A stretch of 34,639 bases of DNA from a virus: the IMG/VR virus record IMGVR_UViG_3300028840_004348. One strand, given 5' to 3'. The notes beneath the pieces were generated by a model. The model ran no database searches, had not been told where the DNA came from, and was given only the letters and a program-made list of their open reading frames with translations. The position numbers and the translations under genes were made by a program. How positions within the stretch are numbered: the first letter of the stretch is position 1; every line of letters starts with the position of its first letter. Shown one piece after another: positions 8,748-14,683 of the stretch.

Positions 8748-9124
8748 TTTTCTTCTCCAGCTGTAATTTTTGCAAATTCATCGACTCGATCCTTGTACAA
8801 CGTCGTCCGGATCCGCTCCAATTCGCGCTCACGAGCCTCCAGGCGGCGCTGTGTTCGCCGATGAGCCTCCTTCTCGACCCGGAGGGCCTCTTCCAGCTCG
8901 GGGAGCTTACGGAGCCGCTCACGGCCTTCCTCGACGAGATTGAGTGCCGTCGCCCTGTTCGTAGTCATCAATTTCAGCTGATATTGTAAATCTGCATTAC
9001 GCTTGGCCAGACCGTCGATTGTCAAGTAGAGCTTCACCCGCTCGAAGTCGCTGCCGAACAGAGGATCCTTCTCGGCTCGAAGGGCTCGCTCAACCGACTG
9101 CCGGATGTCCGAGGACATATCCAT
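8744..9124 (-). CDS. hypothetical coiled-coil protein
   Basis: Track ORF 8744..9217 trimmed to ATG 9124 (MDMSSDIRQ...), which has an AAGGAG SD. The longer form overlaps the ATP-grasp gene. Confidence 0.45.
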   Translation of the reverse strand: MDMSSDIRQSVERALRAEKDPLFGSDFERVKLYLTIDGLAKRNADLQYQLKLMTTNRATALNLVEEGRERLRKLPELEEALRVEKEAHRRTQRRLEARERELERIRTTLYKDRVDEFAKITAGEEK

Positions 9125-9155
9125 GAACTCCTTGGGAATCTTCAGTTTTTCGAGC

Positions 9156-10007
9156 TTATCGTCGTCCACGATGGCCCCCTCCTTCCAAACCGAGCGCCTT
9201 GCGCTTCGCCTCTTCAATGACCTTCCAAGCCTCGTAGTAGCGGTTGAAATGGTCTTCGAGGGCCATGATGAGCCGTCCCATGTTGGCCTTGTAGAAGCCG
9301 GCGCAATTGACGCAGCCGCACTCGACGATCTTCCATTCGTCGTCGACCATGCAGACGTCCATCACGAAGGCGTCGGCGAGCTGGAAGACCTTGACCATCT
9401 TCTCGCAGAACTCTCGGGCTGCGGGATCGATAGCTCCGCTTTGCACGACCTGTGTCCCGAGCTTGTAGAGACTCCCCGTGACGATCTCACCGCCCACCAC
9501 CCAGAAGCGATACTCCTTTTGGATCTTCTTCACCGAGGCGACCTGGATGGGCGTCAGACTGCTCAGCGACGAAGTGTGGCCGTCCGTGAGCTTCCGCTGC
9601 TGGAACTCGCGCCAGCCGTCCTCGTCGAACACCTGGCCGTTGAAATCCTTGGTATCAGCGCACGGGCGGATGAAATAGGCCTGCTTCTCCCACTTCCAGT
9701 CGTCCCGGAACTTCCGAAGCTCCGAGTCCCAGTTGAGAAGATGCTCCCGGTAATGGTTGCGATACACGAAGAAGTGATGATTCGCGTTCACCAGAACGCC
9801 CGGCACCCAGTCGAACTTCTTGGCCAACCGGACCATCTTGAGCGAGCCGAACACGAAGACATCCCGCCGCTTGGTCTGAACTTCGAAGTTCTCGACGAAC
9901 GGCAGAACTTTGACGACTTCCCAGTCGAGCTGAAGACGCTCCAACGTCCGCGTCAGAGCATCATACCCTTCCTCGCGGAACACGTTCTCTTGTATCACAT
10001 AGAACAT
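9156..10007 (-). CDS. ATP-grasp superfamily protein (ligase of unknown substrate)
   Basis: Track ORF 9156..10049 trimmed to ATG 10007, because the annotated start lies inside a TTGACA-17-TATAGT promoter at 10021-10050. ATP-grasp-like motifs are present: FIRPCADTKDFNGQVF, RFWVVGGEIVTGSLYK and AFVMDVCMVDDEWKIVECGCVNCAGFY. Confidence 0.55.
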   Translation of the reverse strand: MFYVIQENVFREEGYDALTRTLERLQLDWEVVKVLPFVENFEVQTKRRDVFVFGSLKMVRLAKKFDWVPGVLVNANHHFFVYRNHYREHLLNWDSELRKFRDDWKWEKQAYFIRPCADTKDFNGQVFDEDGWREFQQRKLTDGHTSSLSSLTPIQVASVKKIQKEYRFWVVGGEIVTGSLYKLGTQVVQSGAIDPAAREFCEKMVKVFQLADAFVMDVCMVDDEWKIVECGCVNCAGFYKANMGRLIMALEDHFNRYYEAWKVIEEAKRKALGLEGGGHRGRR

Positions 10008-10020
10008 CTCTTGCGCTCTG

Positions 10021-10050
10021 ACTATATAGAGGAAAGTTTCCCCTGTCAAG
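10021..10050 (-). promoter_or_regulatory. promoter TTGACA-17-TATAGT for the ATP-grasp gene
   Basis: Minus strand reads GCTTGACAGGGGAAACTTTCCTCTATATAGTCAGAGCGCAAGAGATG. Confidence 0.45.
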
Positions 10051-10072
10051 CAGACAGATCGACAGCTTCTGC

Positions 10073-10456
10073 CTACTCCGGCTGCTTCACTTTCATCCGC
10101 TGGCTCACACTCTCGATGTGGTCGATGGTCTTGCCGGCATCGTTCAAGATGTAGGCTTCTCCGTCGAACACGATGTGTGTTTCCTGATTCCCCTTGCGGA
10201 CTTCGACTACTGTCGCACCGCTCCAGCTGCTCGGGCCGGAGATGAGTTCACCTCCACGACGACATTCCGAAGGCATCAACCAAACCCCATCTTCGGGTGG
10301 AACAGGAAGAATACCGTCCTCGGTCATCCGCTCCAAGTCCTCCGAACTGAGGTACGCCCAAATCTTGATGCTGTCACCTTCGCAATAGAACCAGGGCGTC
10401 TCTCGTGGACCTCCCCAACATCTGTACTTCGAGCTGGCGTCGATCTTGATGATCAT
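10073..10456 (-). CDS. hypothetical protein
   Basis: Track ORF 10073..10552 trimmed to ATG 10456, which has an AAAGGAGAAAGG SD. The longer form overlaps tRNA-Tyr. Confidence 0.5.
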   Translation of the reverse strand: MIIKIDASSKYRCWGGPRETPWFYCEGDSIKIWAYLSSEDLERMTEDGILPVPPEDGVWLMPSECRRGGELISGPSSWSGATVVEVRKGNQETHIVFDGEAYILNDAGKTIDHIESVSQRMKVKQPE

Positions 10457-10528
10457 GACCTTTCTCCTTTCTGCGGCCTTCTGGCTGACTATCTTGCTGT
10501 CGATCTGTCTGGGGATAATATACAGGAT

Positions 10529-10615
10529 TGGGAGATGGTGGAATCGAACCACTTGCCTCGTGGAGGAGCGGGTTTACAGCCCACCGCAGGCCCAGCCTGC
10601 CTTAGAGCACCTCCC
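10529..10615 (-). tRNA. tRNA-Tyr (anticodon GTA), class II with long variable arm
   Basis: Folded by eye. The acceptor stem is GGGAGGT/ATCTCCC and the anticodon loop is CUGUAAA. The T-loop is TTCGATT. The gene is 87 nt with discriminator A and no encoded CCA. Confidence 0.6.
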
Positions 10616-10617
10616 GT

Positions 10618-10706
10618 TGCACGGGGTGGGATTCGAACCCACACTGTCTCTTAAGCGTTGCCCTGGGGCCTGAACCCAGCGCCTCTACCAGTTGGGCTAC
10701 CCGTGC
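10618..10706 (-). tRNA. tRNA-Leu (anticodon CAG), class II
   Basis: The acceptor stem is GCACGGG/CCCGTGC and the D-stem is 3 bp with an 11-nt D-loop (CAACTGGTAGA). The anticodon loop is TTCAGGC. The long variable arm is present. The gene lies 2 nt (AC) upstream of the tRNA-Tyr 5' end. Confidence 0.55.
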
Positions 10707-10741
10707 GCTATCTAGATGCTAATTAGCGTCTAATTAGCATC

Positions 10742-10817
10742 TGGTGGACAGGGACGGAGTCGAACCGCCTACACCCGGAACTTCAATCCGGTGCTCTACC
10801 AGTTGAGCTACCTGTCC
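10742..10817 (-). tRNA. tRNA-Phe (anticodon GAA)
   Basis: A 76-nt cloverleaf with acceptor GGACAGG/CCTGTCC and D-stem GCTC/GAGC. The anticodon loop is TTGAAGT and the T-loop is TTCGACT. CCA is encoded. Coordinates were anchored on track ORF 10791. Confidence 0.65.
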
Positions 10818-10819
10818 GT

Positions 10820-10892
10820 TGCGCGTGGAGGGATTCGAACCCCAACATCCGGACCCTCAGTCCGGCGACTCTGCCAGTTGGCCTACACGCGC
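10820..10892 (-). tRNA. tRNA with anticodon GAG (Leu-decoding) but class-I length (73 nt, short variable loop)
   Basis: The acceptor stem is GCGCGTG/CACGCGC with discriminator A73, and the D-arm is Leu-type (3-bp stem, 11-nt loop CAACTGGCAGA). The anticodon stem is CCGGA/TCCGG and the loop is CTGAGGG. The T-loop is TTCGAAT. The isotype needs tRNAscan-SE confirmation. Confidence 0.45.
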
Positions 10893-10959
10893 GTTGTGTT
10901 TCACCTGCTGTCAGCAACCTCCGTTGTCGCTCACTTTCGAACGAATCTGATCAACCAAG

Positions 10960-11033
10960 TGCGACCGCCGGGAGTCGAACCCGGAACATCCTGCTTTTGA
11001 AACAGGCGACTCTGCCAGTTGGCCTACGGTCGC
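10960..11033 (-). tRNA. tRNA with anticodon CAA (Leu-decoding), class-I length (74 nt)
   Basis: The acceptor stem is GCGACCG/CGGTCGC with discriminator A, and the D-arm is identical to the GAG tRNA. The anticodon loop is TTCAAAA and the T-arm is CCGGG-TTCGACT-CCCGG. Coordinates were anchored on track ORF 10997. Confidence 0.45.
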
Positions 11034-11037
11034 TCGA

Positions 11038-11110
11038 TGCGTCCGCCAGGATTCGAACCTGGAACCCCCGGTGTTTAAAGCCGGTGCCTCTGCCGTTGAG
11101 CCACGGACGC
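11038..11110 (-). tRNA. tRNA with anticodon TAA (Leu-decoding), class-I length (73 nt)
   Basis: The acceptor stem is GCGTCCG/CGGACGC with discriminator A, and the D-arm is similar to the other two short Leu-type genes. The anticodon loop is TTTAAAC, with a C-A mismatch closing the stem. The T-arm is CCAGG-TTCGAAT-CCTGG. Confidence 0.4.
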
Positions 11111-11114
11111 TCGG

Positions 11115-11188
11115 CAGGAGAGCCAGGATTCGAACCTGGGTTTGAGGACTTGGAAACCTCCGTGCTGGACCGCTCGCACTACTCTCCC
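11115..11188 (-). tRNA. tRNA-Trp (anticodon CCA)
   Basis: The acceptor stem is GGGAGAG/CTCTCCT with discriminator G and the D-stem is GTGC/GCAC. The anticodon loop is TTCCAAG, with an imperfect anticodon stem. The T-arm is CCAGG-TTCGAAT-CCTGG. Confidence 0.5.
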
Positions 11189-11190
11189 GT

Positions 11191-11263
11191 GGTGACCGAC
11201 GAGACTTGAACTCGCAACGACCGGGGCCACATCCCGGCGCTCTACCAGTTGAGCTACGGCCAC
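11191..11263 (-). tRNA. tRNA-His (anticodon GTG), no encoded G(-1)
   Basis: The acceptor stem is GTGGCCG/CGGTCAC with discriminator C, and the anticodon loop is ATGTGGC. The T-loop is TTCAAGT. The nucleotide 5' of G1 is T, so G-1 is not templated. Confidence 0.55.
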
Positions 11264-11265
11264 AG

Positions 11266-11350
11266 CGGAGGACGCAGGGCTCGAACCTGCACCGGGATGA
11301 ACCGGACGACGCCTTAGCAGGGCGCTGCGATACCATTCTGCCAGTCCTCC
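11266..11350 (-). tRNA. tRNA-Ser (anticodon GCT), class II
   Basis: The acceptor stem is GGAGGAC/GTCCTCC with discriminator G, and the anticodon loop is CTGCTAA. The long variable arm is present. The T-arm is GCAGG-TTCGAGC-CCTGC. Confidence 0.55.
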
Positions 11351-11415
11351 ACATTAAAATTTTCCTCCATTTTCTTTAATAGTTCGGATCCTAATTAAAA
11401 CTTTCTTCAATACTG

Positions 11416-11488
11416 AGTCCCGAGCCGGAATCGAACCGGCGTCTGAGGATTTGCAGTCCCCCGCTTGAACCTGCTCAGCTACCGGGAC
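11416..11488 (-). tRNA. tRNA-Cys (anticodon GCA)
   Basis: The acceptor stem is GTCCCGG/TCGGGAC with discriminator U, which is typical for Cys. The anticodon loop is CTGCAAA and the T-arm is GCCGG-TTCGATT-CCGGC. Coordinates were anchored on track ORF 11465. Confidence 0.55.
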
Positions 11489-11491
11489 AAG

Positions 11492-11563
11492 CAGGGCCGG
11501 GCGGAGTCGAACCGCCGTACTCGGGTCCAAAGCCCGATGCTCTACACGTTGAGCTACGACCCC
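11492..11563 (-). tRNA. tRNA-Gln (anticodon TTG)
   Basis: The acceptor stem is GGGGTCG/CGGCCCT, with two G-U pairs, and the discriminator is G. The anticodon loop is CTTTGGA and the T-arm is GGCGG-TTCGACT-CCGCC. Confidence 0.5.
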
Positions 11564-11565
11564 GG

Positions 11566-11655
11566 AGGAGGGCGAGGGATTCGAACCCCCACGCCGGGAC
11601 AACGCCGACGACCGCGATTTTCGAGACCGCTCCAATACCGTTCTGGCAGCCCTCC
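11566..11655 (-). tRNA. tRNA-Ser (anticodon CGA), class II
   Basis: The acceptor stem is GGAGGGC/GCCCTCC. The anticodon arm, GCGGT-CTCGAAA-ATCGC, matches the canonical Ser(CGA) arm. The long variable arm is present. The discriminator reads U, which is atypical for Ser. Confidence 0.5.
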
Positions 11656-11700
11656 GATTGGTAAATCTTTCCATCACTTAACACTTCTTTACCGTTCGAG

Positions 11701-11787
11701 CGGAAGCGCCTGGACTCGAACCAGGACCACGGGAAACCGTGCTCTCGGCCTTCCAAGCCGGGGCCTTACCGTTGAGGCTACGCTTCC
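11701..11787 (-). tRNA. tRNA-Ser (anticodon GGA), class II
   Basis: The acceptor stem is GGAAGCG/CGCTTCC with discriminator G, and the anticodon loop is TTGGAAG. The long variable arm is present. The T-arm is CCTGG-TTCGAGT-CCAGG. Confidence 0.55.
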
Positions 11788-11800
11788 GAACTGGAAACGA

Positions 11801-11911
11801 TTAGCTTAGATAAAGCAGTGATTGATGCTGGATAAACGAGGAGAGACACCAGAGGCGGGGAGCCTTGGCGGTGGGGGCGATCATCTTTCCGATTCGCTTT
11901 CGACGTTTCAT
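11801..11911 (-). CDS. possible 36-aa basic micro-ORF inside the tRNA array (speculative)
   Basis: ATG at 11911 is preceded by GGAGAGACCG. It encodes MKRRKRIGKMIAPTAKAPRLWCLSSFIQHQSLLYLS within the 138-nt spacer between tRNA-Pro and tRNA-Ser(GGA). It is absent from the ORF track because it is too short. Confidence 0.15.
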   Translation of the reverse strand: MKRRKRIGKMIAPTAKAPRLWCLSSFIQHQSLLYLS

Positions 11912-11925
11912 CGGTCTCTCCTCGG

Positions 11926-11999
11926 TCCGGGCGAGAGGATTTGAACCTCCAACCTCTAGATCCCGAATCTAGCGTGCTACCAGATTGCACTACACCCGG
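11926..11999 (-). tRNA. tRNA-Pro (anticodon CGG)
   Basis: The acceptor stem has the C1-G72 pair characteristic of bacterial Pro, CCGGGTG/CGCCCGG, with discriminator A. The D-stem is GTGC/GCAC and the anticodon arm is CTAGA-TTCGGGA-TCTAG. The T-loop is TTCAAAT. Confidence 0.55.
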
Positions 12000-12104
12000 A
12001 TAGTCTACAGCCCCTCGCGGGGTGGTGTAGGCTTCCGGGCTGGTCGTGCTGTCTGGTTCTTCTTCATCGCACGCTTCTTCGCGCCGCTACGCGGCGAAGT
12101 CTCA

Positions 12105-12133
12105 AATATAGAAGAAGCCCTCAAAGAGATCAA
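12105..12133 (-). promoter_or_regulatory. candidate tRNA-operon promoter TTGATC-17-TATATT (the -35 overlaps the GNAT stop codon)
   Basis: Minus strand reads GCTTGATCTCTTTGAGGGCTTCTTCTATATTTGAGA. This is followed by a GC hairpin, CTTCGCCGCGTAGCGGCGCGAAG. The tRNA-Pro 5' end is about 100 nt downstream. Confidence 0.35.
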
Positions 12134-12624
12134 GCAGAAAGTTCAGAGTCGAGCTTTTCCTTCAAGCCGGTGCCGCTCTCCGTGGTCATCCCCCACTGGA
12201 TGTCCTCATAGGGAATCTCGTTCTCGCGCATCAGCTCCTGGATCAACGCGCGGCCTACTCCCTTTCCCTGCGCCTCGGGCTTGACCTCGATCATCTTGAG
12301 ATGCGTCTCGCCGCGCCAGAGAGTGTAGTCCACGTAGCCGAGCCCTTCGCCGGTCTTTGCGTCCTTGGCGACGATCCAGGCGTCCCACTGGTCGCCGAGG
12401 GCATCACCCCCGTGCTCGAAGGCGAGGGCGTCGCCCTGCTGGGCGTTCCGACCCGTTACGAAAGGAAGCAGCCGAAGAAGAAGCATCCACTGAGAGAACG
12501 CGTTCTCCTCTTCGAAGCGTCTTTTCTCCCGCTCGATGGCCCGCTCAGGTTCATCCTCTTCGATCTCGGGCACCTCGTCACCGATGCGACGAAGGGCTTC
12601 CGTGTTCAGTCCGTGGAGCCGCAT
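12130..12624 (-). CDS. GNAT-family N-acetyltransferase
   Basis: Track ORF 12130..12756 trimmed to ATG 12624, which forms a TGATG overlap with the upstream stop and has a GGGAGGAC SD. It carries the acetyl-CoA motif IEVKPEAQGKGVGRALI (the Q/R-x-x-G-x-G/A pattern). The N-terminus begins MRLHGLN. Confidence 0.6.
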   Translation of the reverse strand: MRLHGLNTEALRRIGDEVPEIEEDEPERAIEREKRRFEEENAFSQWMLLLRLLPFVTGRNAQQGDALAFEHGGDALGDQWDAWIVAKDAKTGEGLGYVDYTLWRGETHLKMIEVKPEAQGKGVGRALIQELMRENEIPYEDIQWGMTTESGTGLKEKLDSELSA

Positions 12625-13277
12625 CAGTCCTCCCAGACCGAATCGATGAGGTCGTAGATGAGATCGACCTGCTCGTCGGCGAAGTGCCAGCGGACATCGA
12701 TGTTGTCGTCGGCCCATTTCTTCGGATCGCCGTCTAGCTCCTCGGACATCGCGCACCAGTCGGCCACCATCTCCGCGATGTCGAGGTCGCCCATCCCGGT
12801 ACCGTCGATGACCTCGTCGGGAGCTGCATCCCGGTCGTCCTCGTCGACCACATCGAGCGTCTCCATCTGATGATACTCAGGGTGATGCTTGCTGTTCAGG
12901 ATGTGGTGCTGCGTGGCGACGTTGATCGCGTCCTCCATCCCCCCGGGCAGCTCGCACTCGATGCCCTCATCCTCGCACTTGTAGCGCCAGGTCAGCCAGA
13001 TGTACGGCTCCAGCTCGGGCTCTTCGAACTTGATCTGGTCGTGTTCTTCACCGCGCTCGATCAGGCCGTCGAAACCGTCCCAGGCATCCTCGATCTTCTT
13101 GCAGTACTTCTGCACGCGCTCGATGTGCTTGTTGGTCCGGTCGTAGAAGTGCTGTTCCATCTCGTCGGTGATCTGCTGAGCGACACGCCGAAGGCTGTCA
13201 AGCGCGCCCTGGACAGTCATGCCACTACGCATTCCGACCCGGATGATCGCGTTCCGGTCGAGTCCCCGAAGTCTCAT
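12624..13277 (-). CDS. hypothetical His-rich protein (possible HD-like metal-dependent hydrolase)
   Basis: Track ORF 12624..13334, which opens with TTG, trimmed to ATG 13277, which forms an ATGA overlap. Motifs seen are KHIERV, EEHDQIK (an HDxxK arrangement) and ATQHHILNSKHHPEYH. The N-terminus begins MRLRGLD. Confidence 0.4.
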   Translation of the reverse strand: MRLRGLDRNAIIRVGMRSGMTVQGALDSLRRVAQQITDEMEQHFYDRTNKHIERVQKYCKKIEDAWDGFDGLIERGEEHDQIKFEEPELEPYIWLTWRYKCEDEGIECELPGGMEDAINVATQHHILNSKHHPEYHQMETLDVVDEDDRDAAPDEVIDGTGMGDLDIAEMVADWCAMSEELDGDPKKWADDNIDVRWHFADEQVDLIYDLIDSVWED

Positions 13278-13561
13278 CCCTCTTTCACCGGAGGAAGGTC
13301 CCGCAGGACTTCCCACGCCTCGTTGAAGATCCAAGGAGTCTCATCGTATCGTCCATTCTGCTGCTTGAGTAGCACCACGTAACAGTGATCATCGATGGCG
13401 ATCTGAGCACGACCTCCGTACTCGTCTGCCAGCGTAGCTACGGGCTCGAACTCCGCGCCCTCCGGATCATCGTTGTCCCAGATAGCTCGATCATCGGTCT
13501 CCACTTGCACGTATCTCGCGATACGTCGAAGTGACTCTCGGTTGAGACCGTGGAGTCTCAC
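13274..13561 (-). CDS. hypothetical protein
   Basis: Track ORF with a GTG start that forms a GTGA overlap with the upstream stop. The N-terminus begins MRLHGLN. Confidence 0.45.
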   Translation of the reverse strand: MRLHGLNRESLRRIARYVQVETDDRAIWDNDDPEGAEFEPVATLADEYGGRAQIAIDDHCYVVLLKQQNGRYDETPWIFNEAWEVLRDLPPVKEG

Positions 13562-13989
13562 ATTCCGCCCCCGAACAGACGCTTCACGACGTCGAGCGGG
13601 AGCACCGTCTCCAACCCGAAGGTCGGGTCGTCCAGGTCGGCCTGGAAGAAGATACCCGGCTGGAACGGGATGAGACCGTGCCCCAAGATGATTGCGGCAA
13701 CCTTCTTCTGACGCTCCACGAGCGCTTCCAGCCAGCGCTCGGCTCCGTTGAAGATGATGAACTTGCCCTGCTCCTCCCAGACCTCTACGGGGGCCTGAGA
13801 ACCGGCTGAGCCTACTCCGTGAAGGATACTGTCGGCAGCTTCGTCGAGCGAATAGATGTCGACCGCCATGTCGGTCAACGGGATGTCGATGATCTTTGGA
13901 GGCGGCATCAGCTCCCCTACCAGACGTTCTCCCATCTTCTCCAAGATGAACTCGTCAACACTTCGGTATGGTCTTGGACGGTTTCTCAT
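13558..13989 (-). CDS. hypothetical protein (possible Rossmann-like fold)
   Basis: Track ORF with no SD. Its ATG lies 7 nt downstream of a TATATT hexamer within CCTGTATATT, so the mRNA is probably leaderless. Confidence 0.5.
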   Translation of the reverse strand: MRNRPRPYRSVDEFILEKMGERLVGELMPPPKIIDIPLTDMAVDIYSLDEAADSILHGVGSAGSQAPVEVWEEQGKFIIFNGAERWLEALVERQKKVAAIILGHGLIPFQPGIFFQADLDDPTFGLETVLPLDVVKRLFGGGM

Positions 13990-14022
13990 GAAGATAAATA
14001 TACAGGAAGGTGGGTCGGAAAT

Positions 14023-14304
14023 CTAAAGCTTGGGAGGTTCGGCCACCGATCGAGCCCAGGCACGGGCAGCGACATGTTGCTGTTCGACGCGCTCATGAAC
14101 GATGCGAGCGACTTCGTCGTAGGAGTCTCCGGCGTCGCCATCGACGCCTTCTGTGTAGACGACGTCCTTCTTGCGATGACCGTTCCGAATAGTCGCCCCC
14201 GGCCCGTAGGCAGCCACGACGGCGGCAGCGTCTTCCGGCAGCTTGCAGGCCGCAACGTACTCGCCTTCGGGGGTGTAGACTTTGAACTGCGGTGCTCCTG
14301 CCAT
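14023..14304 (-). CDS. hypothetical protein
   Basis: Track ORF with an AAGAGGG SD. The overlapping 13986..14255 ORF was rejected as low complexity. Confidence 0.45.
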   Translation of the reverse strand: MAGAPQFKVYTPEGEYVAACKLPEDAAAVVAAYGPGATIRNGHRKKDVVYTEGVDGDAGDSYDEVARIVHERVEQQHVAARAWARSVAEPPKL

Positions 14305-14305
14305 C

Positions 14306-14683
14306 TTAGCCCTCTTTAGAGAGTCTGTTGCATCCCCAGCACAGGTCCGTGATCGGGTCTTCCCCGTCGATCAAGTTGCCGCAGCATCGACAACGAACGG
14401 GATGGAGATATCCTCGGTACAAGCCGTCGAGCATCGAGGCAACGATGCGCCCGTCTTCCGTCAACTCCACGGGACGAAGTCCGCTGGCACAAGGCGCTCC
14501 GATGACAACCAGGCCGAGCTTCTCCAGTTGCTCGTGGCAAGGAGCGTGCCCACGCCGCTGGTAGTTCTCGAACCCCGGATGCTTTCGCACCTGCTCGATC
14601 ACCTTCAGGTGGCGGAGCGCCGTCCCGGTCGTATCAGGATAGCTACGCGAGAACAGGTCAATCGCTACGGATTGATGGTTCAT
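14306..14683 (-). CDS. hypothetical protein with C-terminal Cys cluster (CRCCGN...CWGCN)
   Basis: Track ORF 14306..14761 trimmed to ATG 14683, which forms a TGATG overlap and has an AAGGAGAACGGC SD. Confidence 0.45.
   Translation of the reverse strand: MNHQSVAIDLFSRSYPDTTGTALRHLKVIEQVRKHPGFENYQRRGHAPCHEQLEKLGLVVIGAPCASGLRPVELTEDGRIVASMLDGLYRGYLHPVRCRCCGNLIDGEDPITDLCWGCNRLSKEG

Noticed and set aside
9105-10154. 349-aa plus-strand ORF
   Set aside because: It is antisense to the ATP-grasp and 8744..9124 genes. Its sequence is low-complexity Leu/Ala/Asp-rich, typical of spurious open frames opposite real genes in GC-rich DNA. It has no SD or promoter.
10118-11809. Plus-strand ORFs 10118..10654, 10791..11000, 10997..11209, 11465..11809 and minus-strand ORFs 10911..11354, 11354..11677, 11475..11756, 11778..11990
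   Set aside because: All lie across the tRNA array and read straight through tRNA genes. They were used only as coordinate anchors.
13986-14255. 89-aa minus-strand ORF
   Set aside because: It overlaps the better 14023..14304 ORF in another frame, is Ser/Thr/Pro-rich, and has no SD.
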